Part shown: positions 15,246 to 24,000 of the stretch, piece by piece
How the letters are laid out: each line of letters starts with the position of its first letter
How positions within the stretch are numbered: position 1 is the first letter of the stretch
Origin: Sulfuricaulis sp.
GTDB taxonomy: Bacteria; Pseudomonadota; Gammaproteobacteria; Acidiferrobacterales; Sulfurifustaceae
Direction: 5' to 3'
Assembly (NCBI RefSeq): GCF_040901545.1
Contig: NZ_JBBDYL010000024.1
Coordinates: 48,871 to 72,870, forward strand
Length of the DNA stretch: 24,000 nucleotides
Notes under the pieces: model-generated
What the model saw: only the letters and a program-made list of their open reading frames with translations
What the model was told of the DNA's origin: nothing
Database searches by the model: none
Made by a program: the position numbers and the translations under genes

Positions 15246-16379
15246 ATGTTTTTCCTTGCCGCCCTGCTGTGCACGGTACTATTCCCGGCATACGGCGCCC
15301 GCAACAGTGACGACGAAGCACGGTTGCAGAAACTGCGCGGCCGGATCGAGGCGCTGCAAGAGAAGATGAATGAAACCCGCGGGCGGCGCGACACGGTGAC
15401 CGACGAAATGCGCAGCCTCGAGCGACGCATTGGCAGCCTGCTGAATGACCTGAAACTAACCGATGCGCGGTTGCGCCAGAATGAAAAAAAACTGGAGAAC
15501 CTCAAGTCACGCGCCACACGGGAAGCTGGGAATCTTGCAGTGCAACAGCGACAACTCGAACGGCAGCTTTACATGGCTTTCACGGCGGGGCGCCAGGATT
15601 ACTCCAAAATGCTCCTCAGCCAGGATAACCCCGCCAGCGTGGCGCGCGTGTTTACCTATTACCGTTACCTCAACCGTGAGCGTTCCGAACGCATCGCGGC
15701 GATCGGAGATACTCTGTCGCAACTCGATGTGATCAAGACGCAAATCCACAATCAAAATCGCGAACTGGAAATTTTGCGTAACACCCAGCGCGAGCAGAAA
15801 TCGGCCCTGGAAACCTCGCATGCGCGCCGGAATGAACTGCTGGCGAGCCTCAACCGCCAGGTTCGCGATCAGGCGCAGGAAATAGCACGGTTGCGCGCTG
15901 ATGAAAAACGCATGGAACAGCTGGTTGAAGAACTCAAGATAGTGCTGCCCGACACTCCTCTGCCGAGTACTACCGAGAGGCATTTCAGCCAGCTACGTGG
16001 CCGTCTCCCGCTGCCCACGCGGGGCCGGGTGCTGGCGCGCTACGGTACCCAGAAAAACATCGGTAATCTCAAATGGCGCGGGCTTTTTATTGCGGGACGC
16101 GAGGGTCAACAGGTTATTTCTGTTTTTCACGGGCGTGTCGTATATGCCGACTGGTTAAGGGGTTTTGGGCTACTCTTGATTCTGGAGCACGGAGATGGCT
16201 ATATGACGCTATACGGTCACAATCAAAGCCTCCACAAGGCGGTCGGCGACTGGGTTAAGGCCGGTGAAGTTATTGCCAGTCTGGGCAATACCGGCGATGT
16301 GGCGCAGCCAGGTTTGTATTTCGAGATTCGACACAACGGCGAACCGCGCGACCCGTTAATCTGGTGCAGAGCACGGTAA
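15246..16379 (+). CDS. EnvC-like murein hydrolase activator (coiled-coil + degenerate M23/LytM domain)
   Basis: N-terminal signal-like segment and a long heptad-rich region (LQKLRGRIEALQEKMNE...). C-terminal LytM domain HGDGYMTLYGHNQSL...GNTGDVAQPGLYFEIRHNGEPRDP, where the HxH metal motif is replaced by LYF as in non-catalytic EnvC. Synteny gpmI-envC. Confidence 0.85.
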   Translation: MFFLAALLCTVLFPAYGARNSDDEARLQKLRGRIEALQEKMNETRGRRDTVTDEMRSLERRIGSLLNDLKLTDARLRQNEKKLENLKSRATREAGNLAVQQRQLERQLYMAFTAGRQDYSKMLLSQDNPASVARVFTYYRYLNRERSERIAAIGDTLSQLDVIKTQIHNQNRELEILRNTQREQKSALETSHARRNELLASLNRQVRDQAQEIARLRADEKRMEQLVEELKIVLPDTPLPSTTERHFSQLRGRLPLPTRGRVLARYGTQKNIGNLKWRGLFIAGREGQQVISVFHGRVVYADWLRGFGLLLILEHGDGYMTLYGHNQSLHKAVGDWVKAGEVIASLGNTGDVAQPGLYFEIRHNGEPRDPLIWCRAR

Positions 16380-16449
16380 TGACCGCTTTCCTGGTCTCTC
16401 AGCACTGCGGTACAGCAAAGCGGTAATCTTTCTTATGGAGCATCACGCA

Positions 16450-17796
16450 ATGAAACTAGCAACACGATATATTCTGGTCCTGATTCTCGGGATGTTCGTC
16501 GGTGCGGTGATCATCCTCGACATGGGCGTATTGGCGGAACGCGAGGGATCCAAGGATACTCTGGCGCCGTTACCGCTCGATGAACTGCGAACCTTCACAG
16601 AAGTATTCAGCCGGATCAAGGCCGACTACGTGGAACCGGTGTCAGACAAAAAACTTCTGGAAGATGCCGTACAGGGCATGCTTGCGGGGCTCGATCCGCA
16701 TTCGGCCTATCTTGATGCCACCAGCTTCAAGGACATGCGCGTCGAAACCGAAGGGAAATTCGGCGGACTCGGCATCGAAGTCACGATGGAAAACGGATTC
16801 GTCAAGGTCGTCTCCCCCATCGAGGACACCCCGGCGGCCCGCGCCGGCATCAAGCCGGGCGATCTTGTAATCCGGCTTGACGAAAAAGCCGTTAAAGGGC
16901 TTACCCTCACCGAAGCCGTGCGACTCATGCGCGGCAAACCCGGCACCGATATCACGCTCACCATCGTTCGCGAAGGCGTATCGAAACCGCTCAAAATCAC
17001 GCTCACGCGCGCGGTGATCAAGATCCAGAGCGTCAAGAGCCGGTTGCTGGAACCGGGGTTTGGGTACGTGCGGATTACTCAATTTCAGTCCGGCACAGAA
17101 AAAGGCTTGGCTGAGGTGGTCAGAAAACTGGAGACGGAAAACAAGGGCGCGCTGCGGGGTATGGTTCTCGATCTCAGGAACAATCCGGGCGGAGTGCTCA
17201 ATGCGGCCGTGGGCGTGAGCGATGCCTTCCTTGACAAGGGCCTCATTGTCTACACCGAAGGCCGCGTCGAGGATTCCCGGATGAGGAAATCCGCCGTTCC
17301 GGGTGATTTGATCAATGGCGCGCCGATGGTAGTACTGATTAACGGCGGCTCGGCCTCCGCGTCGGAGATCGTCGCCGGTGCGCTTCAGGATCACCGGCGC
17401 GCTGTCATCATGGGCACGAAAAGTTTCGGCAAGGGCTCGGTACAGACCATCGTGCCCATCAGCAATGGCGCGGCGCTTAAGATTACCACCGCGCGATACT
17501 ACACTCCGAACGGCCGCTCCATCCAGGCATCGGGCATCGAGCCCGATATCATCACGGAAGAGGCCCGGCTCACCAAAAGTGAAACCGCCGACAGGCTGAA
17601 AGAGGCCGATCTGGCGCGTCATCTGGAAAACGGCGATGAACCCCTCAAGAAGAAAGCGGAGCCGAAAAAAGAGGACAACCAGAATGACAAGAAAAAAGAT
17701 GAAACCGGCAAGGCGCCGGCGGTAGAGGACTACCAACTGCAGGAAGCCCTGAATCTGCTGAAGGGAATAACCTTCTTCAGGGCCCAGGGAAGCTAG
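16450..17796 (+). CDS. S41-family carboxy-terminal processing protease (CtpA/Prc-like) with PDZ domain
   Basis: GGLGIEV..., PDZ region PAARAGIKPGDLVIRLD, catalytic region LINGGSASASEIVAGALQD and GTKSFGKGSVQT. The ATG at 16450 (MKLATRYILV.., TM anchor) has GGAG 9 nt upstream. The track start at 16435 is possible. Confidence 0.9.
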   Translation: MKLATRYILVLILGMFVGAVIILDMGVLAEREGSKDTLAPLPLDELRTFTEVFSRIKADYVEPVSDKKLLEDAVQGMLAGLDPHSAYLDATSFKDMRVETEGKFGGLGIEVTMENGFVKVVSPIEDTPAARAGIKPGDLVIRLDEKAVKGLTLTEAVRLMRGKPGTDITLTIVREGVSKPLKITLTRAVIKIQSVKSRLLEPGFGYVRITQFQSGTEKGLAEVVRKLETENKGALRGMVLDLRNNPGGVLNAAVGVSDAFLDKGLIVYTEGRVEDSRMRKSAVPGDLINGAPMVVLINGGSASASEIVAGALQDHRRAVIMGTKSFGKGSVQTIVPISNGAALKITTARYYTPNGRSIQASGIEPDIITEEARLTKSETADRLKEADLARHLENGDEPLKKKAEPKKEDNQNDKKKDETGKAPAVEDYQLQEALNLLKGITFFRAQGS

Positions 17797-17942
17797 TAAC
17801 GTCCCCAGGGTTTGCGATAGACAACGCCGGACACGGCGACTTACACGCGGGTTAAGCATTACGCCCGCGGGCTGCCCGGAATCAAATTACCGAACTGAAA
17901 ATTACTCGATTGGGGTACCGCGGTCGAAACAGAGAAAGGACT

Positions 17943-18809
17943 TTAATTGAAATCGAATCGCGTGCGGAACAGGATGCGGCTGCGCTCGAAGCTGGATGAA
18001 TCGAGATAGGGCGTGCTGCCCAAGGCGTAACTCGCTTCCGCCTGAAGACTGAAATCGCGCTGTACCTGCCACTTCCAACCTGCCGACAACAGCGATCGGT
18101 CGCCGCTGCGCGGGACTACCAAAGCAGACTCCTCCGTGGTGTCATACAAGCTCTTCTGCATTTTGAAAGACACGTAAGGCGTGTGCGTCTGGTTTAGCGT
18201 CAGGCTGCCACCGACGGTTATGCCATAGTATTTATGATCGAGTCGACGATAGATCTCCTCCCGGGCCAGTTCATCGCCGAGGAAGAAGCTGCCGGTAATG
18301 CTGGGTTTGCCGGCGCTCGGCAACCGGCTGGTCCAGGACACCGCCGCACGCGTATCGGTCGTGTCGAGTGGCAGTGGACGAATCGCCGTGCCTTGGCCGT
18401 ATTCCGCTGATACGGCAAAGCTATGGGTGGCATCGAGCCGGTGTTGCCATTTCACGCCGAAGGAATTGATGCGGCTGGTCGTTTTTTCAAACGAGGAAAA
18501 TTGCGGCCGGATTCCTGATGATTCCACTTCACCATAGAATCGAACGGTGCTGATTCCTGAGGCCGGGCCGACTCCGTTTGTGGAAAAATCCTCAGCTCCC
18601 AGCAGGGATCTGGAATGGTAGACATTGACATCGAAGGAAGAATATTCAGACGGATTGCGCAGCCGAACCTCGGGTATGCCCACTGACCCTACCCCCGCGA
18701 AGGGGGCGTCATCGAACCAGGAAAGCTTGCCCGCCGCCTGGGCAGGCACGGCCATACCGCACGCTAGGAACAGCGCCCCGGCTTGCATGGTCTGTCTAAT
18801 ACGCTTCAT
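17943..18809 (-). CDS. Putative outer-membrane beta-barrel protein of unassigned family
   Basis: Signal peptide MKRIRQTMQAGALFLACGMAVPAQA/AGK. The mature part has alternating hydrophobic/polar strand-like segments rich in Y/S/G/T, and the C-terminus is ..ILFRTRFDFN. I recognised no specific family. Confidence 0.5.
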   Translation of the reverse strand: MKRIRQTMQAGALFLACGMAVPAQAAGKLSWFDDAPFAGVGSVGIPEVRLRNPSEYSSFDVNVYHSRSLLGAEDFSTNGVGPASGISTVRFYGEVESSGIRPQFSSFEKTTSRINSFGVKWQHRLDATHSFAVSAEYGQGTAIRPLPLDTTDTRAAVSWTSRLPSAGKPSITGSFFLGDELAREEIYRRLDHKYYGITVGGSLTLNQTHTPYVSFKMQKSLYDTTEESALVVPRSGDRSLLSAGWKWQVQRDFSLQAEASYALGSTPYLDSSSFERSRILFRTRFDFN

Positions 18810-18877
18810 AGCACCCAGTCAAATTCGATTTTGTTCGAATATTAGCATAGTCGCTGTCCGGCCTGACACACCGTTGG

Positions 18878-20536
18878 TCACGGATTCTGATCCGGCCAGC
18901 CACGTACCAGAAATAAGCCTCCCACCACTGTAATAACCCATCCAAAAGCGCTACCCCAGGCCGACCCGTCAAAAACCTGAACTTCCATGCCCAGAATCAG
19001 GGCACCGGTAACCAGCATCCCGCTACCGGCGATGGCAAAATAAAGTCTCCGGTGGTTTTGCCGGAGCTGCCTTTGCAACTGCTCTTGTTGCTTCGCCCGC
19101 GCTGCTTTCTCCGCCTCGATTTCACCCGCGTGCCGGAGGTACTCATGCGCCAGCGACGGTATTTCAGGGAGCATGGCCCACCATTTCGGAAATTCCTGGC
19201 GCAACGTGCGCAAAAAGGCACGGGGGCCCATGTGCTCGCGCATCCACTGCTCCAGATAGGGTTTGGCGGTTTCCCACAAATCGAGATCGGGATAGAGCCG
19301 GCGACCGAGGCCCTCGATATTGAACAACGTTTTTTGCAGCAGGACCAATTGCGGCTGGATTTCCATGTTGAAACGCCGCGCGGTTTGAAACAAATGCAGG
19401 AGAAACCGACCGAAGGAGATGTCCTTGATGGGGCGGGCAAAAACCGGCTCGCACACGGTGCGGATCGCGGCTTCGAATTCCACCAGGCGCGTGCCCGGCG
19501 GAACCCAGCCGGCTCTCAGATGGGCGTCGGCCACGGCATGATAATCGCGATTGAAAAATGCCAGGAAATTCTCCGCCAGGTAGCGTTTATCCTTCTCGCC
19601 CAGCGTACCCATGATGCCAAAGTCGACCGCCCGGTATTGGCCCTCGGGTGAAACGAAGATATTGCCCGGGTGCATGTCGGCGTGGAAAAACCCGTCGCGA
19701 AACGCCTGGGTGAAGAAAATCTCCACGCCATGGTGCGCCAACTTCCGCATGTCGATGCCGGCGGCTTTTAGGCCCTCGATATTCCCGATCGGTATCCCGT
19801 GAATGTACTCGAGCACCATTACCGCGCGGCGGGTCAGGTCCCAGTAGATTTTGGGCACGTACAGCAGGGTGGAATTCTCGAAGTTGGCGCGCAGGCGGCT
19901 GGCATTCGCCGATTCGACCCGCAGATCCAGCTCGTCGTGAATGGTTTTGTCGAATTCATCCACCACTTCGACGGCGCGAAACCGGCGCGCTTCCGGCCAG
20001 TAGCGCGTCGCCAGTCGCGCCAGCAGATAAAGCAATTCCAGATCGCGCTCGATGACCGTTTCGATGCCCGGCCGCAACACCTTGACCGCCACTTCGGTCC
20101 CTTCGTGCAATCGGGCGATGTGAACCTGTGCCACCGATGCCGAGGCGATCGGATCACGGTTGAATTCGACAAAATGAATATCAAGCTTCCCTCCCAGCGC
20201 CTGTTCGATCAGGCGCACCGATTCCTCGCCGGAAAAAGGCGGGACGTGATCTTGCAGTTTCGCCAGTTCATTGGCGAGATCCTCCGGGAGCAAATCGGGG
20301 CGGGTGGACAACATCTGACCGAATTTGACGAAAACCGGCCCGAGCTCCTCAAGCGCCTCGCGTAACCGCACGCCCCGCGGGAGACCGCGGCGCGCGAACA
20401 ACCGCCAAGGCGCAAGTCGCAGCAACAAGCGGTAAGGCCGGAAAAGATGAACGGCGGTGATGAATTCGTCCAAATCGTGCCTGACGAATATCTGCGTGAT
20501 GCGCAGCATCCGGATGAAGTGGTGCAGGCGTTTCAT
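18878..20536 (-). CDS. ubiB: Ubiquinone biosynthesis regulatory kinase-like protein UbiB (ABC1/ADCK family)
   Basis: ..LGPVFVKFGQMLSTRPDLLPEDLANELAKLQD.., ..ASASVAQVHIARL..G.EVAVKVLRPG.., ..FFHADMHPGNIFV.. and C-terminal TM helices. Its start overlaps the ubiJ stop (ATGA). Confidence 0.93.
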   Translation of the reverse strand: MKRLHHFIRMLRITQIFVRHDLDEFITAVHLFRPYRLLLRLAPWRLFARRGLPRGVRLREALEELGPVFVKFGQMLSTRPDLLPEDLANELAKLQDHVPPFSGEESVRLIEQALGGKLDIHFVEFNRDPIASASVAQVHIARLHEGTEVAVKVLRPGIETVIERDLELLYLLARLATRYWPEARRFRAVEVVDEFDKTIHDELDLRVESANASRLRANFENSTLLYVPKIYWDLTRRAVMVLEYIHGIPIGNIEGLKAAGIDMRKLAHHGVEIFFTQAFRDGFFHADMHPGNIFVSPEGQYRAVDFGIMGTLGEKDKRYLAENFLAFFNRDYHAVADAHLRAGWVPPGTRLVEFEAAIRTVCEPVFARPIKDISFGRFLLHLFQTARRFNMEIQPQLVLLQKTLFNIEGLGRRLYPDLDLWETAKPYLEQWMREHMGPRAFLRTLRQEFPKWWAMLPEIPSLAHEYLRHAGEIEAEKAARAKQQEQLQRQLRQNHRRLYFAIAGSGMLVTGALILGMEVQVFDGSAWGSAFGWVITVVGGLFLVRGWPDQNP

Positions 20537-21165
20537 CGGATTATCTCGCGCAGTCGCGCCACACGCCGTTCCAGACGATCCACCTCGGACCGCAGTGATT
20601 CCACCGCCTTGGTAAAATTCTCTGCGCGTAAGCGCGGCGCCAGGAGGCGGCTTTCTTCCTGAATATATTCATCGAAATCGTCTTTCAGGGTCTGCGCGGC
20701 CCGGGCCGACCAGCCATGAAGATCGCGTGACGCGTTACCCAACTGATGGGCGGTCACGTCGCCCAGGATATGCGCCGCCTGTTCTTCCCAATCGATATCG
20801 ATTTTTTCCATCAGCTGTTGAAACCGTTGTCCCAGTTGAATATCACCGCTGATTCGAACGTCTCCCGCGGCCACCGCCTCGGGCATGATGCGTCTCATGG
20901 CAAACCGCGCAAACACGGGGACATCGCCGGTTAACGTCACGTCCGGTTCCCCGTCTTGTCGAGTGTGAAGGCGCAGACCGGATTTCGACGGCTGCACGAC
21001 AATCTCAAACGGCATGGCGCCCGAGATCCGCAAACGGATGACCTTGCCATCGAGATCACCGAGCCGTGCCAGCGTGTCGGGATCGAGGCGCAACACGCGA
21101 TTCAAGGCTGCTTCCAGCAATGTGGTGAAGGGAAACGGCATATATGCCTGTTCGGAAACGTTCAC
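20533..21165 (-). CDS. ubiJ: Ubiquinone biosynthesis accessory factor UbiJ (SCP2 domain)
   Basis: 210 aa located between ubiE and ubiB as in E. coli ubiE-yigP-ubiB. It has an N-terminal SCP2-like region (LLEAALNRVLRLDPDTLARLGDLDGKVIRL) and a C-terminal coiled-coil tail. Confidence 0.8.
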   Translation of the reverse strand: MNVSEQAYMPFPFTTLLEAALNRVLRLDPDTLARLGDLDGKVIRLRISGAMPFEIVVQPSKSGLRLHTRQDGEPDVTLTGDVPVFARFAMRRIMPEAVAAGDVRISGDIQLGQRFQQLMEKIDIDWEEQAAHILGDVTAHQLGNASRDLHGWSARAAQTLKDDFDEYIQEESRLLAPRLRAENFTKAVESLRSEVDRLERRVARLREIIR

Positions 21166-21218
21166 GGCGAGCCCTGCTGAATTACTTTCTTCGTGCTTTC
21201 AGCGATCACGAAGCCTGC

Positions 21219-21986
21219 TTAATATTTATAACCCCGGTGTAAGGCGACGATACCGCCGCTCAAATTGAAAAATTCCACCCGCTCGAAACCCGCCTGTTCC
21301 ATCATGGTCTGCAACGCCTGCTGATCGGGATGTTTGCGTATGGACTCGGCCAGGTAGCGATAGCTCCCTTCATCCTTGGCGATGACCCGTCCGAGCCACG
21401 GCAGGATATTAAAGGAATAAGCGTCGTAGAGCCGGTTCAATCCCGAAATCGTGGGGCGGGAAAATTCGAGCACCAGCAAAGAACCGCCCGGTTTCAGTAC
21501 GCGAAACATGGACGCCAGCGCCCGGTCGATATGGGTCACGTTGCGCAAACCGAAAGCAATACTCACGCGGTCGAAGTGATCGTCGGGAAAAGGCAGATTC
21601 TCGGCGTTGGCCTGCACGAAAGCGATATTGCCGGCATAACCCTGGTCGGCCAAACGGGTTCGACCGACTTCCAGCATCGAGCGATTGATGTCGGCAAGCA
21701 CCACCTGCCCGCGCCAACCCACGCGCAGGGCGAACCTGGCCGCCATGTCGCCGGTCCCACCGGCGACATCGAGCACGCGAAATCCGGCACGGACACCGCT
21801 CGCCTCCGTGGCAAACTGCTTCCACAGGCGATGGATCCCCAGGGACATCAGGTCATTCATCAAATCGTATTTGCCCGCGACGGAATGAAATACACCGGAG
21901 ACGAGACCGTCTTTCGCGGATTCCGGCACTTCGCGGTAACCGAAGTGCGTCGCGGGTTCTTTCCGGTCGGGCTGTGGCATCCCCAA
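21219..21986 (-). CDS. ubiE: Demethylmenaquinone / 2-methoxy-6-polyprenyl-1,4-benzoquinol methyltransferase UbiE
   Basis: [13 protein letters not shown]...[25 protein letters not shown]...[10 protein letters not shown] (SAM motif I)...FGLRNVT...LKPGG. Confidence 0.93.
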   Translation of the reverse strand: MGMPQPDRKEPATHFGYREVPESAKDGLVSGVFHSVAGKYDLMNDLMSLGIHRLWKQFATEASGVRAGFRVLDVAGGTGDMAARFALRVGWRGQVVLADINRSMLEVGRTRLADQGYAGNIAFVQANAENLPFPDDHFDRVSIAFGLRNVTHIDRALASMFRVLKPGGSLLVLEFSRPTISGLNRLYDAYSFNILPWLGRVIAKDEGSYRYLAESIRKHPDQQALQTMMEQAGFERVEFFNLSGGIVALHRGYKY

Positions 21987-21987
21987 T

Positions 21988-22368
21988 TTACTCCGCAGGC
22001 TTCGAAAGTTGACGGCTCACCCCGGCCTTGGCGAGTTTCTCGAGATATTGGGCCCAGAGTTTGTCCTGATTCTTTCCCAGATGATGCAACCAATCCCAGG
22101 AATACAGCCCGGTATTATGTCCATCGTCAAAATGCAGACACACGGCGTAACTCCCCACCGGATCGATACCGGTAATATTCACGTTTTCCTTGCCGACCTG
22201 CAGGACTTCCTGCCCCGGGCCGTGGCCACGGACTTCCGCCGACGGCGAATATACCCGCAAGTATTCGCAGGAAAGCATGAACTGGCTACCGTCATCGAAC
22301 GCCACTTCGAGAAGGCGCGATTTCTGGTGCAATTTGATGTCGGTCGGTCGAACGGTGTTTTGGCGCAT
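21988..22368 (-). CDS. DUF971-family protein (gamma-butyrobetaine hydroxylase-like N-terminal domain)
   Basis: ..[31 protein letters not shown]........[30 protein letters not shown] is the typical DUF971 pattern. It lies directly upstream of ubiE with a 1-nt gap. Confidence 0.8.
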   Translation of the reverse strand: MRQNTVRPTDIKLHQKSRLLEVAFDDGSQFMLSCEYLRVYSPSAEVRGHGPGQEVLQVGKENVNITGIDPVGSYAVCLHFDDGHNTGLYSWDWLHHLGKNQDKLWAQYLEKLAKAGVSRQLSKPAE

Positions 22369-22438
22369 GTTTTCGTGCGGAGAATGCGGTCACCGCTACT
22401 ATACTGATTCCAAGAGAAATTTCAGCCATTGTCACGGA

Positions 22439-22467
22439 ATAGCCATGAAACGGTAATGGTAACCAAA
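22439..22467 (+). promoter_or_regulatory. Weak Pho-box candidate upstream of phoB
   Basis: TTGTCAC-ggaa-TAGCCAT-gaaa-CGGTAAT: three 7-mers at 11-bp periodicity. Matches to CTGTCAT are 5/7, 4/7 and 5/7. An A/T-rich -10-like TAATATATAT follows at 22481..22490, 40-50 nt before the phoB ATG. Confidence 0.3.
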
Positions 22468-22529
22468 ATGTAATATATATGGTATGAAATGGCGCCACTC
22501 CGAGGGAACGCAAATACGATTATCAACCC

Positions 22530-23219
22530 ATGCGCAGTAAAATTCTCATTGTCGATGACGAACCCGCCATCCGGCAAATGGTGAGCCTTGCTTTGTCGCA
22601 GACAAACTACGAATGTATCGAGGCCGCGGATTCCGCCGAAGCCCAAGAAAAGATCCTGGCAGACAAACCCGACCTTATACTCCTCGACTGGATGCTGCCA
22701 AAGGTGAGCGGCGTGGAGTACGCCCGTCAGCTGCGGCGCGAGAAATTGACCGAGGACATTCCGGTTATCATGCTGACTGCGCGCACCGAGGAGGAGGACA
22801 AGGTCAAGGGGTTCGACAGCGGGGTGGACGATTACATCACCAAGCCCTTTTCCACGCGCGAGCTGTTGGCCCGGATCCGGGCGCTGTTGCGGCGCACCAC
22901 ACCGCACGCGGCGGAACTGGCCGTGGAAACCGGTGGGTTGTCGCTGGACCCGGTGACACACCGCGTCACGGCGGTGGATAAAACCCTCAGCCTGGGTCCC
23001 ACCGAATTCCGCCTGCTGCACTTCTTCATGACTCATCCCGAGCGCGTGCACAGCCGCGAGCGCCTGCTGAACAGTGTGTGGGGCAATAACGTGTACGTCG
23101 AGGAACGCACGGTGGACGTGCATATCCGCCGGCTGCGCAAAATACTGACTCCCACCGGCCACGACCGGCTGATCCAGACCGTGCGCGGCACCGGCTATCG
23201 CTTCTCGGCGCAGAGCTGA
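22530..23219 (+). CDS. phoB: Phosphate regulon response regulator PhoB (OmpR/PhoB family)
   Basis: [15 protein letters not shown]...[14 protein letters not shown]...[15 protein letters not shown]...[24 protein letters not shown] plus a winged-helix C-terminus ..[14 protein letters not shown]....[11 protein letters not shown]. It is followed by phoR. Confidence 0.92.
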   Translation: MRSKILIVDDEPAIRQMVSLALSQTNYECIEAADSAEAQEKILADKPDLILLDWMLPKVSGVEYARQLRREKLTEDIPVIMLTARTEEEDKVKGFDSGVDDYITKPFSTRELLARIRALLRRTTPHAAELAVETGGLSLDPVTHRVTAVDKTLSLGPTEFRLLHFFMTHPERVHSRERLLNSVWGNNVYVEERTVDVHIRRLRKILTPTGHDRLIQTVRGTGYRFSAQS

Positions 23220-23222
23220 TAC

Positions 23223-24000
23223 GTGTCGCAGAACATCTGGCGTGAAATCTGGATCCTGGCGGGCATCGCCATCGCGAGCCTTGTGCTCGGCCTTATCACC
23301 GGGCGCCCGTTTCTCATCGCCGCCATCGGTTACGGCCTTTACATTTTTTTTACGATGCGCCAGTTGCAACGCTTGCACCACTGGCTGCTCAACCACCAGC
23401 AGGCGGAAATACCCGAAGCCGAAGGCTTATGGGGCGATGTGTTCAACGAAATCCGCAAGCTCATGAAACAGACGGAACACCGAGAGGACCAGCTGAACGA
23501 GATGCTGGGCCGGTTCCAGAGCGCTGCCGCGGCTATGCCGGATGCGATGGTGATCCTGTCGCAGGAAGGCGATATCGAATGGGCCAACCCCTCCGCCGCG
23601 CGCCTGTTCGGCATTCGCTACCCGCGCGATGCCGGCACGCGCCTGTTCAACCTGCTGCGCGATCCCGATTTCATCCAGTACCTGCAGCGCGGCGACTACT
23701 CCGAACTGCTGGAAATCAGCTCTCCGGAGAGCAGCGAAACCCACATTTCCATCCAGGTCACGCCGTTCGGCAGCCTGCAAAAGCTCGTGATCGGGCGCGA
23801 CGTCACGCGTCTCGCGCGCTTGGAACAGATGCGCCGTAATTTCGTCGCCAACGTCTCGCATGAACTGCGCACGCCGCTCACCGTGCTCGGCGGTTTCGTC
23901 GAGACCCTGGGCCACATAGACCAGATACGTATGGAGGATTTCAAGAAATACCTCGCGACCATGGAGGAGCAGACGCTGCGCATGCAGCGGCTGGTGGACG
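23223..24000 (+). CDS. phoR: Phosphate regulon sensor histidine kinase PhoR (5-prime partial; continues beyond the window)
   Basis: My own translation from GTG 23223 gives VSQNIWREIWILAGIAIASLVLGLITG.. (two TM segments), a PAS region ..MPDAMVILSQEGDIEWANPSAARLFGIRYPRD..LLRDPDFIQYL.., and the H-box RRNFVANVSHELRTPLTVL at about 23832..23888. The frame is open to 24000, and it is absent from the ORF track because no stop is reached. Confidence 0.88.
   Translation, partial: MSQNIWREIWILAGIAIASLVLGLITGRPFLIAAIGYGLYIFFTMRQLQRLHHWLLNHQQAEIPEAEGLWGDVFNEIRKLMKQTEHREDQLNEMLGRFQSAAAAMPDAMVILSQEGDIEWANPSAARLFGIRYPRDAGTRLFNLLRDPDFIQYLQRGDYSELLEISSPESSETHISIQVTPFGSLQKLVIGRDVTRLARLEQMRRNFVANVSHELRTPLTVLGGFVETLGHIDQIRMEDFKKYLATMEEQTLRMQRLVD

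Noticed and set aside
16382-16424. ACCGCTTT...AAAGCGGT 8-bp inverted repeat between envC and the protease gene, followed by a T-rich stretch
   Set aside because: The 27-nt loop makes a stable terminator unlikely, and the genes are probably co-transcribed. It is noted only as possible weak attenuation.
16642-17859. 405-aa ORF on the minus strand
   Set aside because: It is antisense to the S41 protease gene, whose motifs are unambiguous. The product is Arg/Gly-rich with no domain signature.
21330-22175. 281-aa ORF on the plus strand (and similar ORFs at 19799..20365, 19052..19651, 15071..15517, 15507..15983)
   Set aside because: These are antisense shadows of ubiE/DUF971, ubiB and envC respectively, each of which is firmly identified on the other strand.
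22422-23396. 324-aa ORF on the minus strand
   Set aside because: It is antisense to phoB and the start of phoR, both of which have clear family motifs in the plus-strand frames.
1-24000. CRISPR arrays, tRNA/rRNA genes, integrase or complete IS elements
   Set aside because: I saw no regularly spaced direct repeats, no cloverleaf-like or rRNA-like segments, and no integrase or intact transposase ORF on reading both strands.

Overview
Chromosomal window from a Gammaproteobacteria-like genome. GC judged by eye is high-50s % in core genes and lower in two accessory stretches. There are four blocks. (1) 1..6939, minus strand: a compact MSHA-like type IV pilus module. It runs Wzy_C/O-antigen-ligase-family protein with a C-terminal TPR domain, then a candidate sigma54 promoter, an MshE-type ATPase with two N-terminal MshEN-like motifs, a GspF/MshG platform protein, a prepilin-like protein, two tandem pilin paralogs about 80% identical, and a clean terminator. 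(2) 7047..10697: trmL followed by a roughly 3.1-kb lower-GC island. The island carries a restriction-modification/repair cassette (XRE-type controller protein overlapping an HNH nuclease, divergent cytosine-5 DNA methyltransferase, Vsr) and a decayed IS1595-like transposase. It is bracketed by a 10-bp direct repeat and sits where E. coli has cysE in the trmL-cysE-gpsA-secB-grxC-yibN | gpmM-envC arrangement. The methyltransferase has conserved motif IX encoded out of frame inside an otherwise open ORF. (3) 10698..17796: conserved housekeeping genes gpsA-secB-grxC-rhodanese preceded by an ArsR-family regulator, and divergently gpmI, an EnvC-like activator and an S41 C-terminal processing protease. 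(4) 17943..24000: an orphan outer-membrane protein, DUF971-ubiE-ubiJ-ubiB, and phoB-phoR (phoR truncated by the window end) with a weak Pho-box candidate. I recognised no rRNA, tRNA or CRISPR array. Most long antisense ORFs in the track are GC-driven shadow ORFs. The items most worth follow-up are the pilus module with its Wzy_C-TPR partner (possible pilin glycosylation), the duplicated pilins, and the R-M island with the internally frame-shifted methyltransferase next to an apparently intact nuclease.
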